Origin: Candidatus Eiseniibacteriota bacterium
GTDB taxonomy: Bacteria > Eisenbacteria > RBG-16-71-46
Length of the DNA: 64,000 nucleotides
Assembly: GCA_031366795.1 (NCBI GenBank)
Contig: JANLOX010000245.1
Location: 1,691 to 65,690, forward strand
Direction: 5' to 3'
Below, piece after piece: positions 36,710-47,085 of the stretch (positions are counted from its first letter, which is position 1; the number at the start of each line of letters is the position of its first letter). A model generated the notes under the pieces. The model made no database searches, was not told the DNA's origin, and saw nothing but the letters and a program-made list of their open reading frames with translations. Both the position numbers and the translations under genes were made by a program.

Positions 36710-36859
36710 CTAGGGGGTCGCCTTTCCCGGGGGTGTGGGCGGCACATGGAGTAAAAGGGCGCACGGCTCATTTACCCAGACGACTGGCTCCGGAGGGAGG
36801 GTCGCGAGCGCACCAATTCTACTGCTCCGCGCGGTACTACGGCAACGAGTCTAATGCCC

Positions 36860-37714
36860 CTACCTTGTCGTTCCCATGACGCGCTGCAGCACGCTGCCGG
36901 CATCGAGCGTCAGGCCCACCTGCGCGGTGATCGCGTCGGGTCCGACACCGCCGTCAGTGTCGGCGCCCAGCTCGACGAAGATGCGCAACGGCGAGCCCAT
37001 GGGAGGGCCGGGAATCGTCCCGGGCTTGCCCGCCACCGGCCGGGCCGCGGGCAACGGGCTTCCCGCCGGGCCCAGCAGGGTCTGGATGCGAAAGCGCGCG
37101 GCCCACCGGTTGGAGGCGTCGTCGAGGCCCCACGATTCGTTGTGTCCGTACGCCATCTCTGCGAGCGAACCCTGGAACAACCCTTGGGTCCGGTCGAAAC
37201 CGAATACCACCTGCTTGAGCCGCAGGAAGTCCTGCGCCTTGCCGCCCGCGACCACCATCCCACCCTGGTACCCCGCGTAGAATTCCGCCCCTGCATTCGG
37301 GTCGATGATGGCCATCGGCACATGCAGGGCGAAGCCCGCATTCATTTCCACCACCGGCGTCACCTTGAGTGTGAACGGAGTGCCGGCGCCACCGGGCGAG
37401 GCGAGGATCGCCACCGCGCGGCGAGTGGTGAGCGCGCCACCCACGATGTGAATGGAGGGCTGGGCGGGTGCCATCAGCGGCAACTCGGCCACGCGGAAAT
37501 CGAAGCCGAGCACGGCGCGATTCGCATGGGTCAGGCTCAGCCGGAGGCTGTCGGCCAGCGGGGAGTTCAGGCGGTCGGCCTGGTACGCCGCGGACATCGT
37601 CAGGTGGAACGGTTCGGAATCCGCCGCATAGGCGGCGGGCACGGCGCCCAGCGCGAACGCGCATGCGAGTACGAGTACCAGGCACCGGCGGACGCGCAAT
37701 GAATGGACGGACAT
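36860..37714 (-). CDS. hypothetical secreted protein
   Basis: Signal peptide MSVHSLRVRRCLVLVLACAFALGAVPAAYA. ATG 37714 chosen over the long R/S-rich upstream extension. Confidence 0.4.
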   Translation of the reverse strand: MSVHSLRVRRCLVLVLACAFALGAVPAAYAADSEPFHLTMSAAYQADRLNSPLADSLRLSLTHANRAVLGFDFRVAELPLMAPAQPSIHIVGGALTTRRAVAILASPGGAGTPFTLKVTPVVEMNAGFALHVPMAIIDPNAGAEFYAGYQGGMVVAGGKAQDFLRLKQVVFGFDRTQGLFQGSLAEMAYGHNESWGLDDASNRWAARFRIQTLLGPAGSPLPAARPVAGKPGTIPGPPMGSPLRIFVELGADTDGGVGPDAITAQVGLTLDAGSVLQRVMGTTR

Positions 37715-37862
37715 CGGAGGAGGCCCTCGCGGAAGACAACCGGACGAACGGTGAAGGTAGTCACGGATGTTTTCGGCAGCAGGCCGCCCGCGCGTGAGCG
37801 CTGCTTTGCCCTGACTCCAGCACCCCAGGGGCGTGGCTTCGGGGCACTTGAACGATGATTGC

Positions 37863-39074
37863 CTAGGGGCCGGCGGCGAAGCGGCGGACGTAGTCCTGGA
37901 ACGCCGCCTCGAGACCGACGTCTCCCTGCGCGCGCTCCGAGAGAAACCATTTGTGCTCGAGCACCTGGCAGAACAACTCGACGGGTTCGCCACCGGCCTC
38001 AATGGGCTGCTGGAGTGCGGCGAGCGTCGGTTCCCAGCGGGTGTTCTGCCAGCGAAACGCGGCCTCCCCCAGCGAGACGCTGCGGCTCGTCTCGCGCACG
38101 AGTCGCGCCTGCGTCTCGCGAATGTCATTGAGCAGCAACTGTGCCTGCCGCTCTTCGGCCACCAGACCCGTCAGGTCGTGCACACGATGGCGGTGGTAGT
38201 CGCGGTCCGTGACGAGCGTGCGCATCTTGAGCTTCGTGCCATCGGCCGCGGGCACGAGTTCGATCTCTCCCACCGAGAAGCCCAGCGCGTTGAGGCTGCG
38301 GACCCGTTCCTGGATGCGCCACGTCTCACCGGGTGCTACGTCCTCGACGCGGGCAATCTCCGCCCACAATGCGTCGTAACGCTGGCGGATCCGCGCCGCG
38401 GCGTCGTCGTCGCGCAGCGAGTCGGGCAATCCATTCGCGATGGCGACGTCGGCGAACTCGCCCGCGACGTTTTCGTCCATGATCTCGAGGTCATGGACGC
38501 GCCGCCGTTCGGACAGCGACTCGTGCGATTCGGCGGTCTCGGCATCCACGAGGTATGCGCCCAACTCCCCCGCATCGCGGCGGAACAGCGTGTTCGAAAG
38601 TGAACAGTCGCCCCAGTAGACGCCGGCCAGGTGCAAGCGCACCAGCAGTCCCGCCAGCGCATCGAGCAATCGCTCGCCATAGCGCAACAAACCGGGATTG
38701 GCGAACAGCACGCGGTACGGCAGCGCCCCGTCGAGGAAGCGTGTCACGAGGATGCCGGCGCGGTCCTCACCCTCGCGCCGCACGAGCGCCCAGCCCACCG
38801 CCGTGACCACCGGCAGGCGCCGGGCTTCGAGTTCGAGGAGTTGCTCGTACTCACGCTTCGCGTCCTGCGCGCCGAGTTCCTTGAACGCGTAGACGCGCGA
38901 GTCCCATGCCGCGAAGCGCACCTCGTGACGCGAGATACCGCGCGGCAACTCGACGAGCCGCGGGCAAATGCCATCCCACGCGCCCACCGGGACACCCCAG
39001 GGCATGTCGAGGAATTCGGGCGTGCCTTCACGCAGGTGAAGCTCGAGCAGCCCTGCCGGGGGGCCGGGGGTCAC
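37863..39074 (-). CDS. DUF4032 domain-containing protein (Kdo/lipopolysaccharide-kinase-like N-terminal region)
   Basis: C-terminal LEHKWFLSERAQGDVGLEAAFQDY resembles the DUF4032 signature. Start (GTG) overlaps the stop of the upstream serine hydrolase gene. Confidence 0.5.
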   Translation of the reverse strand: MTPGPPAGLLELHLREGTPEFLDMPWGVPVGAWDGICPRLVELPRGISRHEVRFAAWDSRVYAFKELGAQDAKREYEQLLELEARRLPVVTAVGWALVRREGEDRAGILVTRFLDGALPYRVLFANPGLLRYGERLLDALAGLLVRLHLAGVYWGDCSLSNTLFRRDAGELGAYLVDAETAESHESLSERRRVHDLEIMDENVAGEFADVAIANGLPDSLRDDDAAARIRQRYDALWAEIARVEDVAPGETWRIQERVRSLNALGFSVGEIELVPAADGTKLKMRTLVTDRDYHRHRVHDLTGLVAEERQAQLLLNDIRETQARLVRETSRSVSLGEAAFRWQNTRWEPTLAALQQPIEAGGEPVELFCQVLEHKWFLSERAQGDVGLEAAFQDYVRRFAAGP

Positions 39075-40024
39075 GGCTTGCCGAGTGCCGTGAGCACGCT
39101 GCGCGCGATCGCTGGCACTATACCCCGCTCATCGCCGTGACCTTCCGTGAAGGTCACGAGCACGAAGCGGCGGCCGTCCTTCAACTGGATGCACGCCGCA
39201 TCGTGACGCACGCGGCGGGTCCAGCCGGCCTTGGACCAGAGCTTCATATCAGAAGTGAGCGCGCCGCCCGAGAAGCCACGCCCCTGGTCGTCGGGATCGT
39301 CCGCAGGGCGTTGCGGGTCGCGCGCCAACATTTCCATCATCTGCTTGCAGCGCTCCGGCGTGCTGGCGTGTCCCGTCGCAATTTCGCTGAGCAATCGCCC
39401 CGTCGCGTCGGTGGTGAGCAGGTTTCGTCCCGGCGCAAACGCTTGGCTGGCCTGGGTCTCGCGCCCATAGGGGCCATCTCCCCATGGCTTCTTGTTGCAG
39501 TTGATTCCTGCGTAGCCTCGCGCGGCGAACACGCGGTTCACGGCGTTGCGCTGGTCGGCCCAGGCGGCGAGCCCGAGCGAGTCGAGCTCCGGCCCGCTGG
39601 TCGTGCCGGTCAGCACGTCGAGCACATACGATGTCGCGTCGTTCGAGGAATCCACGATCATGTCGTGCAGCGCGCGCTGGAGTTCTTCGGAATCGTTCAG
39701 GCGATGGGATTCAAGCGCATCGTGCGCGGCGACCAGATAGAACAGCTTGACGACGCTCGCGGGATAAATAGGCGATTGGCCGCGCGTGCTGGCCCACTCG
39801 GCCGTGGGCTTGGAAATGTCGACCAGCGTGACTGCCACCTGGCTCGTATCCAACGCGGTGGGGCCAAACTCGGTGGTCGCGGCGCGCACGGCATCGTCGA
39901 CAAAGGCCTGCAGCTTCTGCGAGTGCTTCGATCCCGGCAGGCCCGCGAGGGTACCCGGCGCGGGGTTCGCGGCTCCTGCGAGCGCACCCAGTACCAGCGT
40001 CATCAACACGGTTGAAAGTGTCAT
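39071..40024 (-). CDS. class A beta-lactamase-related serine hydrolase (secreted)
   Basis: Signal peptide. SVVK (SxxK), SSN (SDN-like), KAGW (KTG-like). GGGAGGAG Shine-Dalgarno 6 nt upstream of ATG 40024. Confidence 0.7.
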   Translation of the reverse strand: MTLSTVLMTLVLGALAGAANPAPGTLAGLPGSKHSQKLQAFVDDAVRAATTEFGPTALDTSQVAVTLVDISKPTAEWASTRGQSPIYPASVVKLFYLVAAHDALESHRLNDSEELQRALHDMIVDSSNDATSYVLDVLTGTTSGPELDSLGLAAWADQRNAVNRVFAARGYAGINCNKKPWGDGPYGRETQASQAFAPGRNLLTTDATGRLLSEIATGHASTPERCKQMMEMLARDPQRPADDPDDQGRGFSGGALTSDMKLWSKAGWTRRVRHDAACIQLKDGRRFVLVTFTEGHGDERGIVPAIARSVLTALGKP

Positions 40025-40222
40025 GCGGTCTCCTCCCTTCAAAGGATCGGCGCAGTATACCCTTGGGGCCGCGCAACCCGCAGGCTGCTCACTCGCCTGG
40101 GACGACGCTTTCGCAGCATTGGAGCCCGCGACCGATTCTGCTTAGACTGCGCCGCGCGAACCCGCTGGCCTCCGCGCGCCTGCTCATCGCCGAATTGCGC
40201 ATCCGATCACGACTGGGAGCCC

Positions 40223-42076
40223 ATGCCAACGTCTCTTCTGCACCGCATTCCCGCGGCGGTTGCTTCAGTAGTGTTGGCAGCGGTGCTGGTTGCACGCAGC
40301 GGCAGCGCAATGCCACCCGAATCCACAACGACCGCGGTGACGCCCACGACGCCTCCTCGCGGCATCGATGCGCTCCTGAAGGGTGGATCGCACCCGTGGT
40401 TGGCGCACAGGAATCTCGCGGATGTGCGCGACAGCCTGCGGGTGTTCTACGCGCGCCGCGACAACCGCACGGCGTGGATCGAGGGAGGCAGGCCCACCGA
40501 ACGCGCGCGCTCCTGGGTGGAGGCGTTGGAGCACCTCGATGAGTATGGCGTGCCGCCCGCGGATGTCGATGCGCCTCAACTCGCCGACCGGCTGGCGGAG
40601 CTCGAGGCGGGTGGTTCGCGCAGCGAGCTCGAACTGGGGGATGCCGATGTCGCGATGAGCGCCGTGGTCGCGCGCGCGCTGCGTGCCCTGCACAGCGGCC
40701 GCGTGCTTCCGGCGACCGTCGACAGCACCCTGATTCTGCTGCACCGCCCGCTCGCGCTGGGATCGACGCTGGATTCCCTGCTCGCGGGCGGCGAGCCGCG
40801 CGTGTGGTTGGAGCGCGTACAGCCTTCCTTCCGCCAGTACTGGATGCTGCTGCAGACGCTGGCGCGCTACCGCGACTTCGCAGGCGACATGGACAGGGCC
40901 ATCAGCGCCACCCCGCCACGTCTCGCGGTGGCTCGGCCCTCAGGCGACATCGCGCGGCTTAAACTTCTGCTCGAGCGCGTGGGTGACGTGAAGTGGGGCA
41001 CCGTGCGGGGCAGTGCCGCGGATTCCGTGTCTGATGCGAAGCTGCTCGCCGCAATCGGCCGCTTCCAGCGCCGCCATCACCTCCAGCCCTCGGGCCGTCT
41101 CGATGCCGCGACGTGGGACGCCATGCACGGCGCGCTAGATGAGCGGATCTCCGAGATGGGTCGCACGCTCGAGCAATTTCGCTGGTTGCCTCACGAGCTG
41201 AGCGCCCCCCTGTTGATGGTCAACATCCCCGCCTTCAAGCTCGAGGCGATGTCGACGCTCGACGAACCCGACTCCACTGTGCTGCACATCGACGTCGTGG
41301 TGGGCACCGCATACAAGACGCAAACGCCGGTGCTCACGGCCGCGCTGACCTCGATCGACTTCATGCCGACGTGGGACGTGCCGCCTTCGATCCAGAAGGC
41401 CGAAGTTCAGCCTGAAGCACTCAAGGATTCAACCTACCTGTCGAAAAACCACATGGACCTGATCCGCGACTCGCGCATTGTCCCCCCCTTGCGCAAGAAC
41501 ATCGAGCACATCGGCAGCGGCGTTCGAGTGCGGCAGCAGTGTGGTCCCGACAATCCACTCGGCCGCGTCAAATTCGTGATGCCGAACTTCTACGACGTCT
41601 ACCTACACGACACCCCATCGAAGCATCTGTTCGGCGCGCGGATGCGCGACTTCAGCCATGGTTGCATCCGCCTCGGCAATCCCCTGGCGTTGGCGCGATT
41701 CGCCCTGCGCGACCGCCCCGACTGGACGGACGCGCGCATCGACTCCGCCATGAATGGCAGCGAGACGGTAAAGGTGCGCCTGCCGATGCCGATGCTGGTG
41801 GCGATCATCTACGCCACCGTGGAAGCCCGCTCGGACGGGGAGGTGTTGTTCCACCCGGATGTCTACGGTCACGATCGCACGCTCGAGCTGCTGCTCGCCG
41901 GCGCCCCACGCGACAGCGTCCGGTCGAATCGCTGGCGCGCCATGGCCGCACGGCACCGGCTGCCGAAGCCAATCACGCCGCCACAGCCCGAAGCACCGCA
42001 CGCGCCTGGACTGCCCGCGCCAACGCAGCAGCAGGCACCCGCGCCTCCGCGAGGACCGAAGCCGCGGACGCCTTAG
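40223..42076 (+). CDS. L,D-transpeptidase (YcbB/LdtD-like) with peptidoglycan-binding domain
   Basis: PG_binding_1-like LLAAIGRFQRRHHLQPSGRLDAATW. YkuD catalytic region HDTP...FSHGCIRL. Confidence 0.8.
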   Translation: MPTSLLHRIPAAVASVVLAAVLVARSGSAMPPESTTTAVTPTTPPRGIDALLKGGSHPWLAHRNLADVRDSLRVFYARRDNRTAWIEGGRPTERARSWVEALEHLDEYGVPPADVDAPQLADRLAELEAGGSRSELELGDADVAMSAVVARALRALHSGRVLPATVDSTLILLHRPLALGSTLDSLLAGGEPRVWLERVQPSFRQYWMLLQTLARYRDFAGDMDRAISATPPRLAVARPSGDIARLKLLLERVGDVKWGTVRGSAADSVSDAKLLAAIGRFQRRHHLQPSGRLDAATWDAMHGALDERISEMGRTLEQFRWLPHELSAPLLMVNIPAFKLEAMSTLDEPDSTVLHIDVVVGTAYKTQTPVLTAALTSIDFMPTWDVPPSIQKAEVQPEALKDSTYLSKNHMDLIRDSRIVPPLRKNIEHIGSGVRVRQQCGPDNPLGRVKFVMPNFYDVYLHDTPSKHLFGARMRDFSHGCIRLGNPLALARFALRDRPDWTDARIDSAMNGSETVKVRLPMPMLVAIIYATVEARSDGEVLFHPDVYGHDRTLELLLAGAPRDSVRSNRWRAMAARHRLPKPITPPQPEAPHAPGLPAPTQQQAPAPPRGPKPRTP

Positions 42077-42588
42077 ACATACTGGATCAGCGCCTGGACG
42101 TTGTACCCGGCAAGTCGATTGCGACCCCCCAGGCTGCCCAACTCCGCCAGAAACAACAGCGACTCGACTTTCGCGCCGAGCTGTTCCACGAGCTTCGCCG
42201 TCGCGGCGGCCGTGCCGCCAGTGGCGAGCAGGTCGTCGACGACCACCACGCGCGTATTACGCTCCAATGAATCAGCCTGGAGCTCGAGCACGTCTTCGCC
42301 ATATTCGAGCGAATACTGTTGGCGGACGGTGGCGCCGGGCAGTTTGCCGAATTTGCGCGCGGCCACAAACTTGACGCCCCAGTGGAGCGCGAGTGGGGCA
42401 CCAAAGATGAAGCCGCGCGACTCGATCCCCACGACGGCATCCGGCCGCGTGACGAGCGCCGCCATCCCATCGATGGACTGGCGAAACGTGACGGGCTCCC
42501 ACAGCAACGGGGCGATGTCCTTGAAGATGATTCCCTGCTTGGGGAAATCCGCGCAATCACGAATCCGTTGCCGCAAGTTCTGGGACAT
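42073..42588 (-). CDS. apt: adenine phosphoribosyltransferase
   Basis: VVVVDDLLATGGTAAA PRPP-binding motif; full-length match to Apt. Confidence 0.9.
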   Translation of the reverse strand: MSQNLRQRIRDCADFPKQGIIFKDIAPLLWEPVTFRQSIDGMAALVTRPDAVVGIESRGFIFGAPLALHWGVKFVAARKFGKLPGATVRQQYSLEYGEDVLELQADSLERNTRVVVVDDLLATGGTAAATAKLVEQLGAKVESLLFLAELGSLGGRNRLAGYNVQALIQYV

Positions 42589-42597
42589 GACCCTCCC

Positions 42598-43683
42598 TTA
42601 GTGAAGTCGCGACCGCGTTTCGTCGCTCTGGTCATCCAGTTCGAGGGCGCGGCGCAACTTTTCGATCGCGCGTGCCTCGATTTGCCGTACGCGTTCGCGA
42701 GTGATCCCGAAGTGCTCTCCCGTTTGCGCCAGTGTACGCGATTCGCCGTCATAAAAGCCGTAGCGAATGCGGATGATCCGCTCTTCGCGCTCCGACAGGG
42801 AGCGCAGCAACTGGTCCAGCCGTTCGTGTTCGAGTTGTAATTCGATCAGGCGTTCGATCGACACCGGCGCCACGGCTGCCGCATCGGCGCTCAGCGCTTC
42901 GAAAGCGTCGAGGCTCGAGGACTCATCGAGCGAACGCATGCCACCGACCAGCGCAGACAGCCGTTCCGCGCGTACCGCGGAGATACCCAGCTCGGCGCCG
43001 ATCTCCGCGGCCGAGGGCTCACGGCCGAGCCGCGCGACCATTGCCCTGCCGGTGCGCATGAAGCGGTTCGCCTGCTGGAACATCTGGACCGGGATGCGGA
43101 TCGAGCGGGATTGTTCCGCGATGCCGCGCAACATGGATTGGCGGATCCAGATCGAGGCGTAGGTGCTGAAGCGCAGGCCCCGCTCGGGCTCGAAGCGGTC
43201 CACCGCGTGGATCAGCCCGAGATTGCCTTCCTCGATCAGGTCGAGCATCGGCAGGCCGCGCGTGCGGTAGGCGCGCGCCAGGTGCACGACGAGGCGGAGG
43301 TTGGCGAGAATGATGCGCCGCCGCGCGAGCTCATCGCCCGTTCGCGCGCGCGACGCAAGCGCGAGCAACTCCTCGTGCTGGAGCAGGTTGATGCGCCCGA
43401 TGTCGTCGAGATAGACATCCAGCAGGTCGCGGCCCGAGTTGGAACCGTCGGGCAGGTCGCGCAGATCGCGCACGATCGTGGCCGTGGGCTCCGGGTCGTC
43501 ATCGGGAAGAGCGATGCCTTCCTGCCGCGCGGTCTCACGGAAGCGCTCGAAGGCGATATCGTCGAAGTCCGGGTCGAGCAGCAGCGACTCGATGACCTGT
43601 GGCTCTAGGGTTCGCGTGGCGCGGGCGTGATCCAGCGTCTCCGTGAGACAATCGCTGAAGCTGCGCAGCCGTGGCAAAGTCAC
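42598..43683 (-). CDS. RNA polymerase sigma-70 family factor (RpoD/RpoS group)
   Basis: Region 2 (DLIEEGNLGLIHAVDRFEPERGLRFSTYASIWIRQ). Region 4 HTH (TLAQTGEHFGITRERVRQIEARA). Confidence 0.85.
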   Translation of the reverse strand: MTLPRLRSFSDCLTETLDHARATRTLEPQVIESLLLDPDFDDIAFERFRETARQEGIALPDDDPEPTATIVRDLRDLPDGSNSGRDLLDVYLDDIGRINLLQHEELLALASRARTGDELARRRIILANLRLVVHLARAYRTRGLPMLDLIEEGNLGLIHAVDRFEPERGLRFSTYASIWIRQSMLRGIAEQSRSIRIPVQMFQQANRFMRTGRAMVARLGREPSAAEIGAELGISAVRAERLSALVGGMRSLDESSSLDAFEALSADAAAVAPVSIERLIELQLEHERLDQLLRSLSEREERIIRIRYGFYDGESRTLAQTGEHFGITRERVRQIEARAIEKLRRALELDDQSDETRSRLH

Positions 43684-43781
43684 CGGCAGGGCTCCCGGAA
43701 GAGTGCGAGTTCGTCAGCGCCCGGGACTTAAGGGGCCTAGCGGCAGCTCAAGCGGGTCAACGAGCGCGACGCCCAAGAAAG

Positions 43782-43858
<77 letters not shown>

Positions 43859-44004
43859 GACATTGTGTTCCCGGGATCCCCCGAACCGTAAGGTATGGCG
43901 ACCGATGCGGAGGAATGAAGCCCTGTGGATGAAGCGGCGAGCACCCTAGCATAGCCCGCAATGGCCTGCCAATTGAGCGGTGTTGCGAAGCGGCCCCTCC
44001 CAGC

Positions 44005-44751
44005 TCAGATCGTCAGGTCCCAATGGTTAAGCCCATCGACCGCGCCTTCGTCCGTCAGGTCGAGGCGCATCGGAGTCACCGACACGTACCCGGCATCCAC
44101 CGCGTTGAAGTCGCTGCCCTCCCGGTTCTCCCACACGGCGTCCTGGCCACCGATCCAGTAGTAGTCGCGTCCGCGGGGGTCGACCTTATGGATCAGGGTG
44201 TCCTGGTAGACACGGCTGCCGAGCCGCGTGATCTTGACGCCGTTGACCTGGTCCCACGGCCGATGCGGCAAGTTCACGTTGAGCAGGCGGCGTTTCCCCA
44301 GACCCCGCTCGAGCACGGTGCGCGCGAGTCGTCCGATGAAACGCGCCGGCTCCGCGAAGTCGGTGAGTTCGCGTGTCACCAGCGACGCCGCGATGGCGGG
44401 TGCCCCCTGCAGCGTTCCTTCAATGGCGGCGGCGACGGTCCCGGAATAGAACACGTCCTCCCCCATGTTGGGCCCGTGGTTTATCCCTGAGACGACGAGA
44501 CCGGGTTGTTCGACCAGCAGCCCATGGCAGGCGGCGACCACGCAGTCCGTCGGCGTACCATCGACGCTGTACATGTCGTCGGCGTGTTTGTGGATGCGGA
44601 ACGGCCGGTTGAGCGTAAGCGAGTGCGAGGTCGCGCTCTGGTCGCGGTCGGGCGCCACGATGATCACGCGGCCGAGTGGTTGGAGCTCGTCGCGCAGCCG
44701 CAACAGTGCCGGTGAAGCGATGCCATCGTCATTGGTGACCAGGATGATCAA
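44005..44751 (-). CDS. surE: 5'/3'-nucleotidase SurE
   Basis: N-terminus (M)IILVTNDDGIASPAL from a TTG start with AAGGAG 8 nt upstream; GINHGPNMG. The long upstream ORF extension is R/S-rich junk. Confidence 0.8.
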   Translation of the reverse strand: MIILVTNDDGIASPALLRLRDELQPLGRVIIVAPDRDQSATSHSLTLNRPFRIHKHADDMYSVDGTPTDCVVAACHGLLVEQPGLVVSGINHGPNMGEDVFYSGTVAAAIEGTLQGAPAIAASLVTRELTDFAEPARFIGRLARTVLERGLGKRRLLNVNLPHRPWDQVNGVKITRLGSRVYQDTLIHKVDPRGRDYYWIGGQDAVWENREGSDFNAVDAGYVSVTPMRLDLTDEGAVDGLNHWDLTI

Positions 44752-44794
44752 GCGCAGCACTCCTTCATGGAACGGTGTGGGCGATTCGGAACCG

Positions 44795-45508
44795 TCAGCG
44801 GGGCTCCGCTGCGGCGCGGGCGGCGCGCATCGAGCCCGGCTGCAGGACACCCTCGAGTGTGAGCCGCAACAGGGTACCGCCGATGCGCGGTACGTCGCGG
44901 AACGCGCTGATCTGGCTCTTCTCGGCCCCGTAGATGGTGGGAATCTCAACTTCCCTGAGCTTGAAGCCGAGTCGCGCGGCGCGCACCGCCACCTCGGTTT
45001 CCACTTCGTAGCGTCCCGGCGTGATCGGCGTGCGTTCGAGCAGACGCCGGCCGTACAGGCGAAAGCCGCTCTGGCTGTCCGAGATCCGCTGCCCCGCCAT
45101 CGCGGTTGCCCAACCCGAGGACATGGCATTGGCGAACCGCCGCGCCGCCGGCATGTCGGGCGTGCGCGCGCGCGCGCCGAGCACGAGATCCGTGGACTCG
45201 TCGAACGCCGCGATGAACGACGGGATGCACTCGGGCGGATGCTGTCCATCCGCATCGAGCGTGACGACGCCGTCGTATTCGCGCAGCAGGTCGAATCCCG
45301 CCAGCAGCGCGTAGCCCTTGCCGCGATTGGCCGCGAACGAGTGGACACGGCCGCCGAACATGCGCCCGACCTCAGCCGTGGCATCGCGCGAGCCGTCGTC
45401 CACCACCAGCACCGGCAGGTCAGGCAGGATGCGCGTGATGCGCGTCAGGACATCGCCAAGATGCGCCGCGGCCTGGTACGCGGGTACCAGCGCTGCAATG
45501 CGCCTCAT
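44795..45508 (-). CDS. glycosyltransferase family 2 (polyprenol-phosphate mannose/glucose synthase-like)
   Basis: VVDDGSRDAT, TLDADGQHPP, SGFRLY Dpm1-like motifs. Confidence 0.75.
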   Translation of the reverse strand: MRRIAALVPAYQAAAHLGDVLTRITRILPDLPVLVVDDGSRDATAEVGRMFGGRVHSFAANRGKGYALLAGFDLLREYDGVVTLDADGQHPPECIPSFIAAFDESTDLVLGARARTPDMPAARRFANAMSSGWATAMAGQRISDSQSGFRLYGRRLLERTPITPGRYEVETEVAVRAARLGFKLREVEIPTIYGAEKSQISAFRDVPRIGGTLLRLTLEGVLQPGSMRAARAAAEPR

Positions 45509-45551
45509 CGCGCGGTCCCCGGGCAAAGTTGGTTCATGCGTGGGACGCGGC

Positions 45552-46391
45552 TCACGCGAGCCCCTCGGGCAGCGGCTCGAACGCGTACCACTGGCCGGAC
45601 GAGCGGTCGAGATGCTTGAGCAGCGCCTTGCGAATGCCACCCTCACGGGCCGAAGCGTCGGACACCGGCGCGTCACACCACAGCACATGCCGCCCATCGG
45701 GTTTGCGTGTCATCGCGACGGGCAGCAGCGTTGCCCCCGAACGCCGCGCCAGGGCTCCCGCCCACAGGCACAGCGAACCGCGCAGTTCGGGCACCGCGCG
45801 ATCGCCCATCACAGCCACCCATTCGCCGCGACGCAATGCGCGCGAAGTGGCGAGCCATAGGGGTGCACCGCGCAGGGCCTTCACCCCCCAGGCCTCCCGC
45901 CGGTGATTGAAGAAGCGTTCCACGCGCGGGCTCGGGTGCGGGCGCGCCAACAGGCGCATGGGCACTCCCTGCAGGGCAAGGCGCGCGGCACCCCACTCCC
46001 AGTTGCCCGTGTGGACCGACATCAGCACGCACCCGCGGCCGCTGGCGCGCGCCGCCTCGAGGTGCTCCCCACCCCGGATCTCGACGCGTTGCGCCAGTTC
46101 CGCGGGCGTCAACGCATCCAGGCGCAGGAAGTCGGCGACCGCCATGGCGAATTGTTCAAAGGTTTCCCGCGAGCGCTCCTCGAGTTGGCGCGGCTCGAAC
46201 GGCGAAAGCCGCAGGAGGTTCGCTTCGAGAGTGCCGCGGGCCGGTAGTCCCGCCCTGTGCGCCAGGCGCGCGCACAGGCGGGCGGCACGGTGGCTCCACG
46301 CTTCGGGCAATGAACGCGCGAGGGCTCCGGCGAGGGAATAGGCGAGCGCGGGGAGCATAGGGGGGTACGCGCGGCCTCCCTGGCGCCGCAT
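45552..46391 (-). CDS. lysophospholipid/lipid A acyltransferase family protein (LpxL/HtrB-like)
   Basis: HTGNWE (Hx4D/E) acyltransferase motif; ~280 aa. Start ATG 46391 or 46358. Confidence 0.65.
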   Translation of the reverse strand: MRRQGGRAYPPMLPALAYSLAGALARSLPEAWSHRAARLCARLAHRAGLPARGTLEANLLRLSPFEPRQLEERSRETFEQFAMAVADFLRLDALTPAELAQRVEIRGGEHLEAARASGRGCVLMSVHTGNWEWGAARLALQGVPMRLLARPHPSPRVERFFNHRREAWGVKALRGAPLWLATSRALRRGEWVAVMGDRAVPELRGSLCLWAGALARRSGATLLPVAMTRKPDGRHVLWCDAPVSDASAREGGIRKALLKHLDRSSGQWYAFEPLPEGLA

Positions 46392-46476
46392 CGTTCCGGA
46401 CGGCCACGTGGGGCGGTCGAACGGGACAGGCCCGGAACGCTGCCGGGCTGCATGCGACGCGGCGGATCAAGAGAAA

Positions 46477-46553
46477 TGGTCGGGGCGACTGGATTTGAAC
46501 CAGCGACCACCTGCCCCCCATGCAGGTGCGCTACCGGGCTGCGCTACGCCCCG
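46477..46553 (-). tRNA. tRNA-Pro (anticodon GGG)
   Basis: 77 nt. Identical to the CGG isoacceptor in acceptor, D and T arms; anticodon loop ATGGGGG; encoded CCA. Confidence 0.85.
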
Positions 46554-46677
46554 ACCTCAAGAAGGGGACCATTGAATCCGTGAAACTAGGGGGTATTGAG
46601 GAAACTCGCAAGTGAGCCGCCTGATCGACAGCCGCAGGCGCGTACTCCCGGCGCTCGCGCACCACGAAAGCTCCGCG

Positions 46678-47064
46678 TTAAACTTGCGTCGTGGGCCCGC
46701 GGCGCAACTGGCTGGCGAGACGGCGCAACTCGCTCTTGATCTCATGCAGCAGCAGCTTGTTCACCGCTTCCCCGAACCCCACTTCAGGCGCCGGCTCCTC
46801 CTGCCGCGTCTCGACGAGCTTCTTCTTCGCGCCTTCGATCGTGAAGCGGCGCGCATAGAGGAGATCCTTGATCTGCATGAGCGTGGTGATCTCTTCGGGC
46901 CGGTACATGCGATTGCCTGCCCGGTTCTTGCGGGGCCGCAAGGTGCTGAACTGCGTTTCCCAATAGCGCAGCACATGCGGGCGCACACCGATCAATTCGG
47001 CCACTTCGCTGATCGACCGGTAGGGGCGGCTTTCGAGATCGAGGTCTTTTTTCAGCACGCTCAT
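46678..47064 (-). CDS. MerR family transcriptional regulator
   Basis: YSISEVAELIGVRPHVLRYWETQF HTH plus a coiled-coil tail. Confidence 0.75.
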   Translation of the reverse strand: MSVLKKDLDLESRPYRSISEVAELIGVRPHVLRYWETQFSTLRPRKNRAGNRMYRPEEITTLMQIKDLLYARRFTIEGAKKKLVETRQEEPAPEVGFGEAVNKLLLHEIKSELRRLASQLRRGPTTQV

Positions 47065-47085
47065 CCGCGACTCCTCAATGTGTCC

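Noticed and set aside
44752-45384. 210-codon upstream extension of the surE ORF
   Set aside because: The sequence is Arg/Ser/Cys-rich junk. SurE homology begins exactly at (M)IILVTNDDG, preceded by AAGGAG and a TTG start at 44751.
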